This document shows positions 20,250 through 28,936 of a DNA stretch of 32,000 bases, piece by piece; position 1 is the first letter of the stretch, and each line of letters starts with the position of its first letter. The position numbers and the translations under genes are program-made. This DNA is from Raphidiopsis brookii D9 (GTDB taxonomy: Bacteria; Cyanobacteriota; Cyanobacteriia; Cyanobacteriales; Nostocaceae), in NCBI GenBank assembly GCA_000175855.1, contig ACYB01000005.1:30178-62177 (forward strand), written 5' to 3'. A model generated the notes under the pieces. It was given only the letters and a program-made list of their open reading frames with translations, did not search any database and had not been told where the DNA came from.

Positions 20250-21539
20250 GTGAAAAGAGTTTTAGCAATCATTCTAGGTGGGGGAGCGGGTACAAGACTG
20301 TACCCCCTGACTAAGCTCAGGGCTAAACCAGCAGTACCTGTGGCTGGTAAATACCGGTTAATAGATATCCCCGTTAGTAACTGTATAAATTCAGAGATTT
20401 TTAAAATTTATGTTCTTACACAGTTTAACTCAGCGTCCCTAAATCGTCATATTGCTCGTGCTTACAATTTTAGTGGCTTCAGCGATGGTTTTGTAGAGGT
20501 ACTAGCAGCACAACAAACTCCGGAAAACCCCAATTGGTTCCAGGGAACCGCTGATGCTGTACGTCAGTACATTTGGATGTTAGAGGAGTGGGATGTAGAT
20601 GAATTTCTGATTCTTTCTGGTGATCATCTATATCGGATGGATTACCGTTTATTTGTCCAGCGTCATCGGGAAACCAATGCTGATATTACCCTTTCCGTAA
20701 TTCCCATAGATGGTCGTCGGGCCTCGGATTTTGGTTTAATGAAAATTGACAATGGTGGTCGGGTAATTGACTTCAGCGAGAAACCCAAAGGTGAAGCTCT
20801 GGCAAAAATGCAGGTAGACACCACTATTTTGGGTCTAACCAGCGAAGAAGCCCGATCACAACCCTACATTGCCTCCATGGGCATTTATGTCTTTAAAAAA
20901 GACGTTCTCATCAAACTTTTAAGGGAGTCCCTAGAAAAAACCGATTTTGGCAAAGAAATTATCCCCGACGCTGCCAAAGATCACAATGTTCAAGCATATC
21001 TATTTGATGGTTATTGGGAAGATATAGGTACAATTGAAGCCTTCTACAATGCTAACCTGGCCCTAACCCAACAACCAGTCCCTCCCTTTAGCTTCTATGA
21101 TGAGGAAGCACCCATTTATACCCGCGCTCGCTACCTACCACCTTCCAAATTATTGGACTGCGATATCAAAGAATCCATGATTGGCGAAGGCTGTATTTTG
21201 AAAAACTGCCGCATTCAGCATTCGGTATTGGGAGTGCGATCGCGTGTAGAGTCAGGTTCCATAGTTGAGGAATCTTTAATTATGGGTTCAGACTTTTACC
21301 AACCCTCCGTGGAACGAGTATGCAACCTAGATAAAGGAGACATTCCTTTAGGTATTGGTACGGATACAATCATTCGCCGAGCGATCATTGATAAGAATGC
21401 CCGAATTGGTCATAATGTCAGGATAATCAACAAAGACAACGTCCAGGAAGCGGAGCGAGAAAAACAAGGTTTCTACATCCGTAGCGGTATAGTTGTCGTT
21501 TTAAAAAATGCTGTTATTCCCGATGGAACTATCATCTAG
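20250..21539 (+). CDS. glgC: glucose-1-phosphate adenylyltransferase
   Basis: [92 protein letters not shown], and C-terminal [24 protein letters not shown]. Confidence 0.97.
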   Translation: MKRVLAIILGGGAGTRLYPLTKLRAKPAVPVAGKYRLIDIPVSNCINSEIFKIYVLTQFNSASLNRHIARAYNFSGFSDGFVEVLAAQQTPENPNWFQGTADAVRQYIWMLEEWDVDEFLILSGDHLYRMDYRLFVQRHRETNADITLSVIPIDGRRASDFGLMKIDNGGRVIDFSEKPKGEALAKMQVDTTILGLTSEEARSQPYIASMGIYVFKKDVLIKLLRESLEKTDFGKEIIPDAAKDHNVQAYLFDGYWEDIGTIEAFYNANLALTQQPVPPFSFYDEEAPIYTRARYLPPSKLLDCDIKESMIGEGCILKNCRIQHSVLGVRSRVESGSIVEESLIMGSDFYQPSVERVCNLDKGDIPLGIGTDTIIRRAIIDKNARIGHNVRIINKDNVQEAEREKQGFYIRSGIVVVLKNAVIPDGTII

Positions 21540-21562
21540 TTAGGGAACTAACCTAGCAATAT

Positions 21563-21580
21563 CCCCACAAGCTTGTGGGG
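21563..21580. terminator. perfect palindrome downstream of glgC, possible transcription terminator or processing hairpin
   Basis: ccccacaagcttgtgggg is an 18-bp perfect palindrome, 24 bp after the glgC stop. It lacks a clear T-tract, so the terminator call is tentative. Confidence 0.4.
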
Positions 21581-21773
21581 GTAATCTCTCCCAACTAACT
21601 AACCTCTAAAGTACCATAATTACTCTGGAAGTGTGAGGGAAAACAAAAATAAATTTTTGCCATGCTTTGCTAATTTAGGATCACTATCTTATCCTAAAAA
21701 AGACATGACCTATATTTCTCCTATATTGTATTATAGTAATGTATTGTAGTAAGTAGTAACAGGAGGCTTGTGG

Positions 21774-22730
21774 ATGGCTGGAACCGATTTTAAAGACTAT
21801 TATTCAATTTTAGGAATCAGTAAAACTGCCAGTCCAGAAGAAATTAAACAAGCTTTTCGCAAACTAGCTCGTAAATACCACCCTGACGTTAATCCTGGAA
21901 ATAAACAAGCTGAAGCAAGATTCAAAGAGATTAATGAAGCCTATGAGGTTCTGTCGGATCCAGATAAACGGAAAAAATACGACCAATACGGTCAATATTG
22001 GAAACAAGTAGGAGAAGGTGGTTTCCTGGTGGTGCGGGGAGTAGATATGAGTGGTTTTGACTTTGGTCAATACGGCAGTTTTAATGATTTCCTCAATGAT
22101 TTATTTGGTGGGGTAGGACCCCGCAGCTCAACCTCTTCTCGCTCCGCTGGTCGACCCGGTGGTTTTGGAGACTTTGGTTTTCCGGATATGGGTGCCCAAG
22201 ATAGTGAATTTGTCATTACCCTAAGCTTCGCCGAAGCATTTGGAGGAGTACAAAAACGATTCAGTTTAGGAAATGAAACCATTGAAGTGCGTATTCCTGC
22301 AGGAGCAAAAACTGGCACTCGTTTACGGGTGAGGGGTAAAGGTGCAGTTAACCCTAAGACCGGACAAAGGGGAGATTTATATTTAAAAACAGAACTATCA
22401 CCCCATTCATTTTTTCAACTTGAAGGTGACCAACTAATTTGCGAAGTGCCAATCGCACCAGAGGAAGCAGTTTTAGGTGCGACCATTCAGGTTCCCACAC
22501 CTGATGGTCATGCTAGCGTAAAATTACCCGCAGGAGTGCGTTCTGGTCAGTCTCTGCGCTTACGTGGCAAGGGATGGCCCCTACCCAAGGGCGGTCGTAG
22601 TGACCAGTTGGTAAAAGTTGCCATTGTACCCCCTAAAGACCTCACTCCCCAAGAGCGGGAATATTACGAGAAACTGCGTGCTATCCGTAGTTATGATCCT
22701 CGCGCTCATTTACAGCAAATTAAATTCTGA
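21774..22730 (+). CDS. DnaJ/CbpA-type co-chaperone (J domain plus C-terminal substrate-binding domain, no Cys-rich zinc finger)
   Basis: [66 protein letters not shown] with HPD motif; Gly/Phe-rich linker; CTD ([23 protein letters not shown]...). No CxxCxGxG repeats. ORF track start 21768. Confidence 0.92.
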   Translation: MAGTDFKDYYSILGISKTASPEEIKQAFRKLARKYHPDVNPGNKQAEARFKEINEAYEVLSDPDKRKKYDQYGQYWKQVGEGGFLVVRGVDMSGFDFGQYGSFNDFLNDLFGGVGPRSSTSSRSAGRPGGFGDFGFPDMGAQDSEFVITLSFAEAFGGVQKRFSLGNETIEVRIPAGAKTGTRLRVRGKGAVNPKTGQRGDLYLKTELSPHSFFQLEGDQLICEVPIAPEEAVLGATIQVPTPDGHASVKLPAGVRSGQSLRLRGKGWPLPKGGRSDQLVKVAIVPPKDLTPQEREYYEKLRAIRSYDPRAHLQQIKF

Positions 22731-22780
22731 TTCTGGATCACCCCAGGGAACAGAAGTAACCCCGTATTTTTTCGGGCAAC

Positions 22781-22808
22781 GTAGAAAATTTAGTATTTTC
22801 TACTTTTT
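22781..22808 (+). terminator. putative rho-independent terminator downstream of dnaJ-like gene
   Basis: gtagaaaat-ttagt-attttctac (perfect 9-bp stem, 5-nt loop) followed by ttttt. The stem is AT-rich. Confidence 0.55.
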
Positions 22809-23060
22809 ACACTTGACGGAGTAAATTCACCCACAGTATGATATAGGTGTTGATTAAAAAACTTCTTGTTTGTAGGGAATGACTGCTTGTCATCTCATTG
22901 AGTGGGTTAAGTAAACATAAAGGATATCTTTGTGGTAACCGGTAGTCCAGGAATAAACAATGCGCCATTAATGCATTAAGAATAGTCGGTAGTGCGCAAC
23001 TTTCAGTTTAAACCCTAGCGAGTTTCTGTTAGGAAAGAATAAAATTAGGAGATATATATT

Positions 23061-23735
23061 ATGAACAGCAAATTCTCAGCCACAGGTTTAGTAGCAACCC
23101 TAGCCCTATCAAGCATTTTGGGTTTAGGACATCGTCAATTAAAAGCCCAATCATCAGATGACGCATTCTTTGATCCGAGCGATCCCAGTCAATACAACGG
23201 AACTAAATTTACCTGTGTAGCCCAAGGTAGCGACTGGTCCACAGTTGGACAGCGCCCTGGTGGTAGACCAATTCCCATAATTGTGTGGACAAAAAAAGGA
23301 GCCCAGTCCTTTGGCGAAAATTATAATCCCAAGAGCCGTTGTGAAATCGTCACAGCCAACCTCAACCAAGCGGTAGAAGACAGTGCTGGTAAGCTTTACG
23401 ACGTAGTCCTAACCTGGGGTAAACTTGGCGATGGCAAGACTGTTATTTGCGCACTTTCTTTAAAGGATAAAGGAGGTTGTGATGGTAACAATACCCTGTT
23501 TGCTCTGAAGCCAGAAAATGCCAAGGACCCTAATAAGGTTTTAGAAACCCTGACTCAAATTAGCATTAAAGGTTCCAGTGCAGGGACTGTTCGTGAAACA
23601 ACAAGTCGTTTGAGTGTAAACCTGGGCAAAGTTGTCTCACAAGCAGCCAAGCGATTGCCTCAAGAAACACCCAAAACTCGCACAATTCCCGGAAATAGAC
23701 CCGTTAAAGATACACCCGTTAAAGGTACTCTGTGA
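23061..23735 (+). CDS. COP23 domain protein, secreted/periplasmic (copy 1)
   Basis: Signal-peptide-like N-terminus (MNSKFSATGLVATLALSSILGLG...QLKAQ) and YNGTKFTCVAQGSDWSTVGQRPGGRPIPIIVWTKKGAQSFG...SRCEIVTANLNQAVED...TVICALSLKDKGGCDGNNTLFALKPENAKDPNKVLETL, characteristic of COP23 family proteins. Preceded by taggagatatat RBS-like sequence. Confidence 0.83.
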   Translation: MNSKFSATGLVATLALSSILGLGHRQLKAQSSDDAFFDPSDPSQYNGTKFTCVAQGSDWSTVGQRPGGRPIPIIVWTKKGAQSFGENYNPKSRCEIVTANLNQAVEDSAGKLYDVVLTWGKLGDGKTVICALSLKDKGGCDGNNTLFALKPENAKDPNKVLETLTQISIKGSSAGTVRETTSRLSVNLGKVVSQAAKRLPQETPKTRTIPGNRPVKDTPVKGTL

Positions 23736-23854
23736 CGAGTTGGTAACAAAACTTTGTATTAGAAGTTATCAGCATCGGGAACTTTCGCAATTCCATACTA
23801 GTCAATTTTTTCTAGGATGCACACAACAAAATTAGGGAGTCATTTAGGAACATT

Positions 23855-25084
23855 ATGAACATTATATCAAAATCACATCTAAAATCTTCCGTAGTTATGG
23901 TAACCCTGTCCATCTGCGGTTCCTTGTCAGTTACACTTCCCATAGGTGCTCAGGTGCCTCCAGTGGCACCAGTCATCTATGTAGATCCCGCTAATGGGTT
24001 GAATGTTGTTGGCAATGGTAAGTCCCCAACAAATCCATATAAAAGCATTACTTTTGCCCTGGATCAGGCCCAATCGGGAACCATAATTCAGTTAGCTCCT
24101 GGTAGCTACACTAACGAGTCCTTTCCCATCCGAGTCAAACAGGGTGTTACCTTGCGGGGTGATGAATCAACCCAGGGCAAGACGGTGGTGATTTCCGGTG
24201 GTGGGGATTACAACAGTCGTAGGTTTGCCAAACAAAACGTGACAATTCTTGCGGGAGAGAATAGTACAATTACTGGTGTAACCGTGACGAATCGGAATGA
24301 CAGAGGCACGGGTATATGGGTAGAATCAACTAACCCAGTGATTAAGAATAGCACATTTACCCAAAATTCCCGGGAGGGAGTATTCTTGATTGCTAGTCCC
24401 AATCCTACCGTGGAAAATAACCAGTTTATAGCAAACAATGGCAACGGTATTTCTGTAACCAAATCCAGCGGGGGGAAAATTAACGAGAATGTATTTGAAG
24501 GTAGTGGCTTTGGGTTGAGCATCAATGATGACTCCGCACCAGTATTGACTAAAAACCAAATCCTAAACAACAAAGATGGACTACTTATTACTGAGACAGC
24601 TAAACCATCGTTACGGGGCAATGTAATTAAGAATAACCAACGGGATGGCATAGTCATCACTCTTAATTCTTCCCCGGACCTAGGCACCCGGAGCAATCCA
24701 GGTGGCAATGTCATCGTCAACAATGGTCGCTACAACATTTATAATGCTACCACAACTGGTGTTGCCATTTCCGCACTGGGTAATACCATAGACGACTCAG
24801 GGATTTTAGGTGAAGTAGAAATAGATGGAATCCAAATTACAGGTAGCAAAAAACCAGTGTCATCCGACGACCCAAATTTAGCCCTGTTAAAAAGATGGCA
24901 ATTAACAGCTGTTTCCTGCAACTCTGGTCCAGCAATTGACATCTTTATAGGTGATAGACAGTATTGTGTCAGTCCCCACCCAGACCTAACCGCTAAGGCT
25001 TATGAGTACAATCCTACCACTGGTACCCTCAGAGCTTTAAGAACTGGCCCACGTGGCAACTCAATCATACGACCTGGCTTGTAG
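23855..25084 (+). CDS. DUF1565-type secreted right-handed parallel beta-helix repeat protein
   Basis: Signal-like N-terminus, then VIYVDPANGLNVVGNGKSPTNPYKSITFALDQAQSGTIIQLAPGSYT, followed by beta-helix rungs such as PVIKNSTFTQNSREGVFLIASPNPTVENNQFIANNGNGISVTKSSGGKINENVF. Confidence 0.85.
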   Translation: MNIISKSHLKSSVVMVTLSICGSLSVTLPIGAQVPPVAPVIYVDPANGLNVVGNGKSPTNPYKSITFALDQAQSGTIIQLAPGSYTNESFPIRVKQGVTLRGDESTQGKTVVISGGGDYNSRRFAKQNVTILAGENSTITGVTVTNRNDRGTGIWVESTNPVIKNSTFTQNSREGVFLIASPNPTVENNQFIANNGNGISVTKSSGGKINENVFEGSGFGLSINDDSAPVLTKNQILNNKDGLLITETAKPSLRGNVIKNNQRDGIVITLNSSPDLGTRSNPGGNVIVNNGRYNIYNATTTGVAISALGNTIDDSGILGEVEIDGIQITGSKKPVSSDDPNLALLKRWQLTAVSCNSGPAIDIFIGDRQYCVSPHPDLTAKAYEYNPTTGTLRALRTGPRGNSIIRPGL

Positions 25085-25132
25085 ATTTTGCTCCAGCAAG
25101 ACCTGAAACTAAAAGCAAATTAAGGAGATATT

Positions 25133-25780
25133 ATGAACAGCAAATTCTCAGCTACATTTTTAGTAGCTACCCTAACCCTATCAAGCATTTTGGGTTTAGG
25201 AAATGGTCAATTAAGAGCCCAATCATCAGATGATGAATTTTTTGATCCGAGCGATCGCAGTCAATACAATGGGACTAGATTTGCCTGTGTAGCCCAAGGT
25301 AGTAACTGGGCCACAGTTGGACAGCGCCCTGGTGGTAGACCCATTCCCATAGTTGTGTGGACAAAAAAAGGAGCCCAGTCCTTTGGCGAAAATTATAATC
25401 CCAAGAGCCGTTGTGAAATCGTTACAGCCAATCTTAACCAAGCAGTGGAAGACAGCGCTGGTGATCTTTATGACGTAGTCCTAACTTGGGGTAAACTTGA
25501 TAATGGCAAAACTGTGATTTGCGCACTTTCTTTAAAAGACGAAGGAGGTTGTGATGGTAGCAATACTCTGTTTGCTCTGAAACCCGAAAATGCCAAGGAT
25601 CCTAATAAGGTTTTACAAACCCTGACTCAAATTAGTCTTAAAGGTTCTAGTGCAGGGGTTGTTACTGAAACAAAACCTCGTTTGAGTGTAAACCTAGGTA
25701 GGGTTGTATCCCAAGCGTCCAAACGCTTGCCCCAAGAAACACCCAAGACCCGCAAAACTCCCAAATCAACTATAAGGTAG
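25133..25780 (+). CDS. COP23 domain protein, secreted/periplasmic (copy 2)
   Basis: MNSKFSATFLVATLTLSSILGLGNGQLRAQ... plus the same COP23 domain, YNGTRFACVAQGSNWATVGQRPGGRPIPIVVWTKKG... Very high identity to copy 1. Confidence 0.83.
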   Translation: MNSKFSATFLVATLTLSSILGLGNGQLRAQSSDDEFFDPSDRSQYNGTRFACVAQGSNWATVGQRPGGRPIPIVVWTKKGAQSFGENYNPKSRCEIVTANLNQAVEDSAGDLYDVVLTWGKLDNGKTVICALSLKDEGGCDGSNTLFALKPENAKDPNKVLQTLTQISLKGSSAGVVTETKPRLSVNLGRVVSQASKRLPQETPKTRKTPKSTIR

Positions 25781-25789
25781 ATAGAGATT

Positions 25790-26470
25790 ATGAGTAGGAA
25801 ATTCTCAACCACATTTTTAGTAGCTACCCTAACCCTATCAAGCATTTTGGGTTTAGGACATGGCCAATTAAAAGCCCAATCATCAGATAACGCATTTTTT
25901 GATCCGAATGATCCGAGTCAGTATAACGGGACTAGATTTGCCTGTGTAGCCCAAGGTAGTAACTGGGCCACAGTTGGACAGCGCCCTGGTGGTAGACCAA
26001 TTCCCATAGTTGTGTGGACAAAAAAAGGAGCCCAGTCCTTTGGCGAAAATTATAATCCCAAGAGCCGTTGTGAAGTTGTCACAGCCAACCTCAACCAAGC
26101 CGTGGAAGATAGCGCTGGCAATCTTTACGACGTAGTTTTGACCTGGGGCAATGTTGGTGACAAAACTGTTATTTGCGCACTTTCTTTGAAGGATGAAGGA
26201 GGTTGTGATGGTAACAATACCCTGTTTGCTCTCAAACCCGAAAATGCCAGGAACCCTAACAGGGTTTTAGAAACCTTGACCCAAATTAGCATTAGAGGTT
26301 CTAGTGCAGGGGTTATTACTGAAACAAGGGGACGTCGTCCTAATCGTGCTAGCGTAAACCTAGGTGAAGTTATCTCACAAGCAGCCAAGCGCTTGCCCAA
26401 ACAAACGCTCAGAACCCGCCCAAATCCTGGAGTTAAACCTACTGTTAGGCCTACTAGAGGTGGTCTATGA
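25790..26470 (+). CDS. COP23 domain protein, secreted/periplasmic (copy 3)
   Basis: MSRKFSTTFLVATLTLSSILGLGHGQLKAQ... YNGTRFACVAQGSNWATVGQRPGGRPIPIVVWTKKGAQSFG. Starts 9 bp after copy 2 ends. Confidence 0.83.
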   Translation: MSRKFSTTFLVATLTLSSILGLGHGQLKAQSSDNAFFDPNDPSQYNGTRFACVAQGSNWATVGQRPGGRPIPIVVWTKKGAQSFGENYNPKSRCEVVTANLNQAVEDSAGNLYDVVLTWGNVGDKTVICALSLKDEGGCDGNNTLFALKPENARNPNRVLETLTQISIRGSSAGVITETRGRRPNRASVNLGEVISQAAKRLPKQTLRTRPNPGVKPTVRPTRGGL

Positions 26471-26561
26471 CGAATGGCGGTTCTTGCATAATTGCTAACA
26501 AAATTGAAAGCGTGGGATAACCAAAATTTTCCACGCTCCACCGAGAAAAGAAAGAGGCATT

Positions 26562-27337
26562 ATGAAATTTTCAGCAGCAGTTTTGACTACTTTCCTGACT
26601 GTATCAGCTATAGGTTGGCATGCTGGTATGGTGAGAGCTGTACCAGTGGAAAGTGGAGATAACCCCCCACTATCCCTGCACCCGACAACCCATCAAACTC
26701 ACAACAGACTGATGGTGATGAAGGCTACAGTGGAGACAACCCACCCACTACTCCTGCATCCAACAACCCATCAAACTCACAACAGACTGGTGATGATGAA
26801 GCCTACAGCGGGACAAAATTTACTTGTGTGTCCCAAGGTAATGGCAAGTGGGCTACCGTTGGACAGCGCCCTGGTGGACAGCCAATTCCTGTAATCATTT
26901 GGACCCAATCAGCTTCCAAATATTTTGGTAGCCAATTTGCCCCCGAAAACCGGTGCCAAATCGTCACCAGCAAGTTCAATACAGCAGTGCGAGAGAGTGG
27001 TGGTAGCCTTCAGGATGTGTTGTTAACTAGTGGCAATGTTAATGGTCAGGTTGTTATTTGTGTAATTTCCGACCGAGATAATGGGTGTCAGGAGAAAAAT
27101 ACCCTATTTACCCTGAAACCAGAAAATGCCAAGAACCCTGATAAGGTTTTATCTCAACTCTTGGAGATTAGCACTAAGGGGTCAGACGGAGGTGTAATTA
27201 CTGAAACAAGAAGTAATCGGCGGCGGGTTACAGTCAAACTCAGTGATGTGCTGTCAATAGCAGCTCGACGCTCATCTTCTTCACCCGTTAAAAGGCCAAA
27301 GGTTCAAAATAACCGACGGAATCAACGTGGTTTGTAA
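26562..27337 (+). pseudogene. COP23 domain protein (copy 4), apparently frameshifted between signal peptide/linker and COP23 domain
   Basis: Signal peptide MKFSAAVLTTFLTVSAIGWHAGMVRA in one frame (26562..26894) and the COP23 domain YSGTKFTCVSQGNGKWATVGQRPGGQPIPVIIWTQSASKYFG... in another (continuing to 27337). Adding one C in the C6 tract at 26663-26668 joins them. Confidence 0.72.
26655..26809 (+). repeat. tandem direct repeat, 77 bp + 78 bp
   Basis: Unit 1 (26655-26731) and unit 2 (26732-26809) both run ggaga(t/c)aaccc...cccatcaaactcacaacagact...gatgaag(g/c)ctacag. They differ in length by one base, located in the 5' C-rich part. Confidence 0.85.
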
Positions 27338-27364
27338 AGTAATTGTGGGAAAAAGGAATGGTAC

Positions 27365-27985
27365 ATGATGAAACTATCCACGACAGTTCTAGTTACTAGT
27401 TTAGCCCTAACAGGAACTTTGATTCAGTTTGGGGTACAAGCTAAGCCCCCTACTGAAACCTACAATGGCACCAAGTTTACATGTGTTTCCCAAGGCAATG
27501 GCAACTGGGCTACTGTTGGTCAGCGTCCCGGTGGTGGTCCAATTACCGTAATTACCTGGACAAAAGAGGGTTCTAAATATTTTGGGGACAACTATACTGC
27601 TCAAAATCGTTGTCGAATGGTAACTCCTAAATTTAATCGAGCTGTGAAACAAAATGGTGGACGTCTGAAAAATGTAGCTCTAATTAAAGGTATTGTTAAC
27701 AATGAGACAGTTATCTGTGTAGCTTCTACAAGAAGTAGAACAGGTTGTAATGCTGAAAATTTCTTGTTTACTCTTAAGCCAGAAAATTCTCAAAAAGCCA
27801 ATGAGATTCTGGCACAACTTACGGGAATTGGTAAATTGGGTTCCAGCGCAGGAGTTATCTGGGAAACAACCGGTCGTCTGCGAATTGAATTGAGTGAGGT
27901 TCTCGACCATAATCTTGACCCACAACCCCAGCATTCTGACAAAATAACACCACCAGCAGACTCTAATCGGGGGTTCAAACTATAA
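27365..27985 (+). CDS. COP23 domain protein, secreted/periplasmic (copy 5, divergent)
   Basis: MMKLSTTVLVTSLALTGTLIQFGVQA signal-like start, then YNGTKFTCVSQGNGNWATVGQRPGGGPITVITWTKEGSKYFGDNYTAQNRCRMVTPKFNRAVKQNGG...TVICVASTRSRTGCNAENFLFTLKPENSQKANEIL. Confidence 0.8.
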   Translation: MMKLSTTVLVTSLALTGTLIQFGVQAKPPTETYNGTKFTCVSQGNGNWATVGQRPGGGPITVITWTKEGSKYFGDNYTAQNRCRMVTPKFNRAVKQNGGRLKNVALIKGIVNNETVICVASTRSRTGCNAENFLFTLKPENSQKANEILAQLTGIGKLGSSAGVIWETTGRLRIELSEVLDHNLDPQPQHSDKITPPADSNRGFKL

Positions 27986-28052
27986 ATTCTACCCGGATGA
28001 GAAGGAATTAATCAACCGCTCCTTTTTTGAGTGAATCACCGTGTTTTATCCC

Positions 28053-28853
28053 ATGTCTTTTAGGTTGTCTGTGCTATTACTGACAACAACTCTTCCCACT
28101 GTTTTGTATTCTCAAACCCTACCTAACTTCCTGGCTTCCAAACCCCATCCCGGATTTGAATTTCCCGCCGCCAGGACTGCCAGTAAAGTAACAGTCAGAA
28201 TTTTTACCAAGTCTGGATCCGGTTCAGGAGTAATTATCAACCGTCAAGGAAAAAGCTACACGGTTTTGACCAATGATCACGTAGTAGTGGATAGTCCTGA
28301 GAGTGGTTATGAGGTTTTAACACCTGATGGCAAGATTTACAAAGCTCACCAGTTGCCAACGGTAAATCCTGATTCCCTGGATCTAGCACTGGTGGAATTT
28401 ACCAGTGGGGAAAATTATCAAGTTGTGCAATTTTCCCAGTCGCCAAATATATCTGGGGAAGTGGTATATGTATCTGGGTTTCCAGCGTGGCATTTTGTTT
28501 TTAATCGGGATACTATCAGCAAAGTGGAAACAACCCGCAATTGGGGACTGGGTGCTTTCAAGCTACGACCAGGCAACATCAAAATGTATCTTGACAAGAC
28601 CTTGGTAGGTGGTTACAAGTTAGGTTTTACCAATGATTTTACCCAAGGGATGAGTGGAGGCCCTGTTCTAAATCAACAAGGAGAGCTTATTGGCATCAGT
28701 GGTTTATTAAAATACCCATTTCAGGGGATTAATGCCTTTATTTTCACTGATGGAACCAGGCCAGAAAGGGAAGAATACCGTAGAATCGAGTCTTTAAGTT
28801 GGGCTATTCCTATTTCCACTGTGGTTGGTTTTCTCCAAGAGCAAAAAAAATAA
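28053..28853 (+). CDS. secreted trypsin-like serine protease
   Basis: Signal-like N-terminus. Catalytic triad context TVLTNDHVV (His), SLDLALVEF (Asp), GMSGGPVLN (Ser). ORF track start 28041. Confidence 0.85.
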   Translation: MSFRLSVLLLTTTLPTVLYSQTLPNFLASKPHPGFEFPAARTASKVTVRIFTKSGSGSGVIINRQGKSYTVLTNDHVVVDSPESGYEVLTPDGKIYKAHQLPTVNPDSLDLALVEFTSGENYQVVQFSQSPNISGEVVYVSGFPAWHFVFNRDTISKVETTRNWGLGAFKLRPGNIKMYLDKTLVGGYKLGFTNDFTQGMSGGPVLNQQGELIGISGLLKYPFQGINAFIFTDGTRPEREEYRRIESLSWAIPISTVVGFLQEQKK

Positions 28854-28936
28854 TAGAATTATCATTATCAATCATAAGCAAATATTTATGATTTTTGACA
28901 CTATTCCTACGCAAAAACACTGTGGGAGAAAAGTAA

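Noticed and set aside
24208-24942. Minus-strand ORFs within the beta-helix gene (24208..24723, 171 aa, and others)
   Set aside because: Repetitive codon pattern of the beta-helix gene leaves the opposite frame open. The translation has no family resemblance.
25226-26541. Minus-strand ORFs antisense to COP23 genes (23154..23369, 25226..25441, 25627..25845, 25883..26098, 26125..26541)
   Set aside because: They recur in all copies only because the sense sequence is duplicated. I considered antisense regulators or toxins but found no supporting evidence.
27407-27978. Minus-strand ORFs 27407..27652, 27680..27934, 27790..27978
   Set aside because: Antisense to COP23 copy 5, no domain or RBS evidence.
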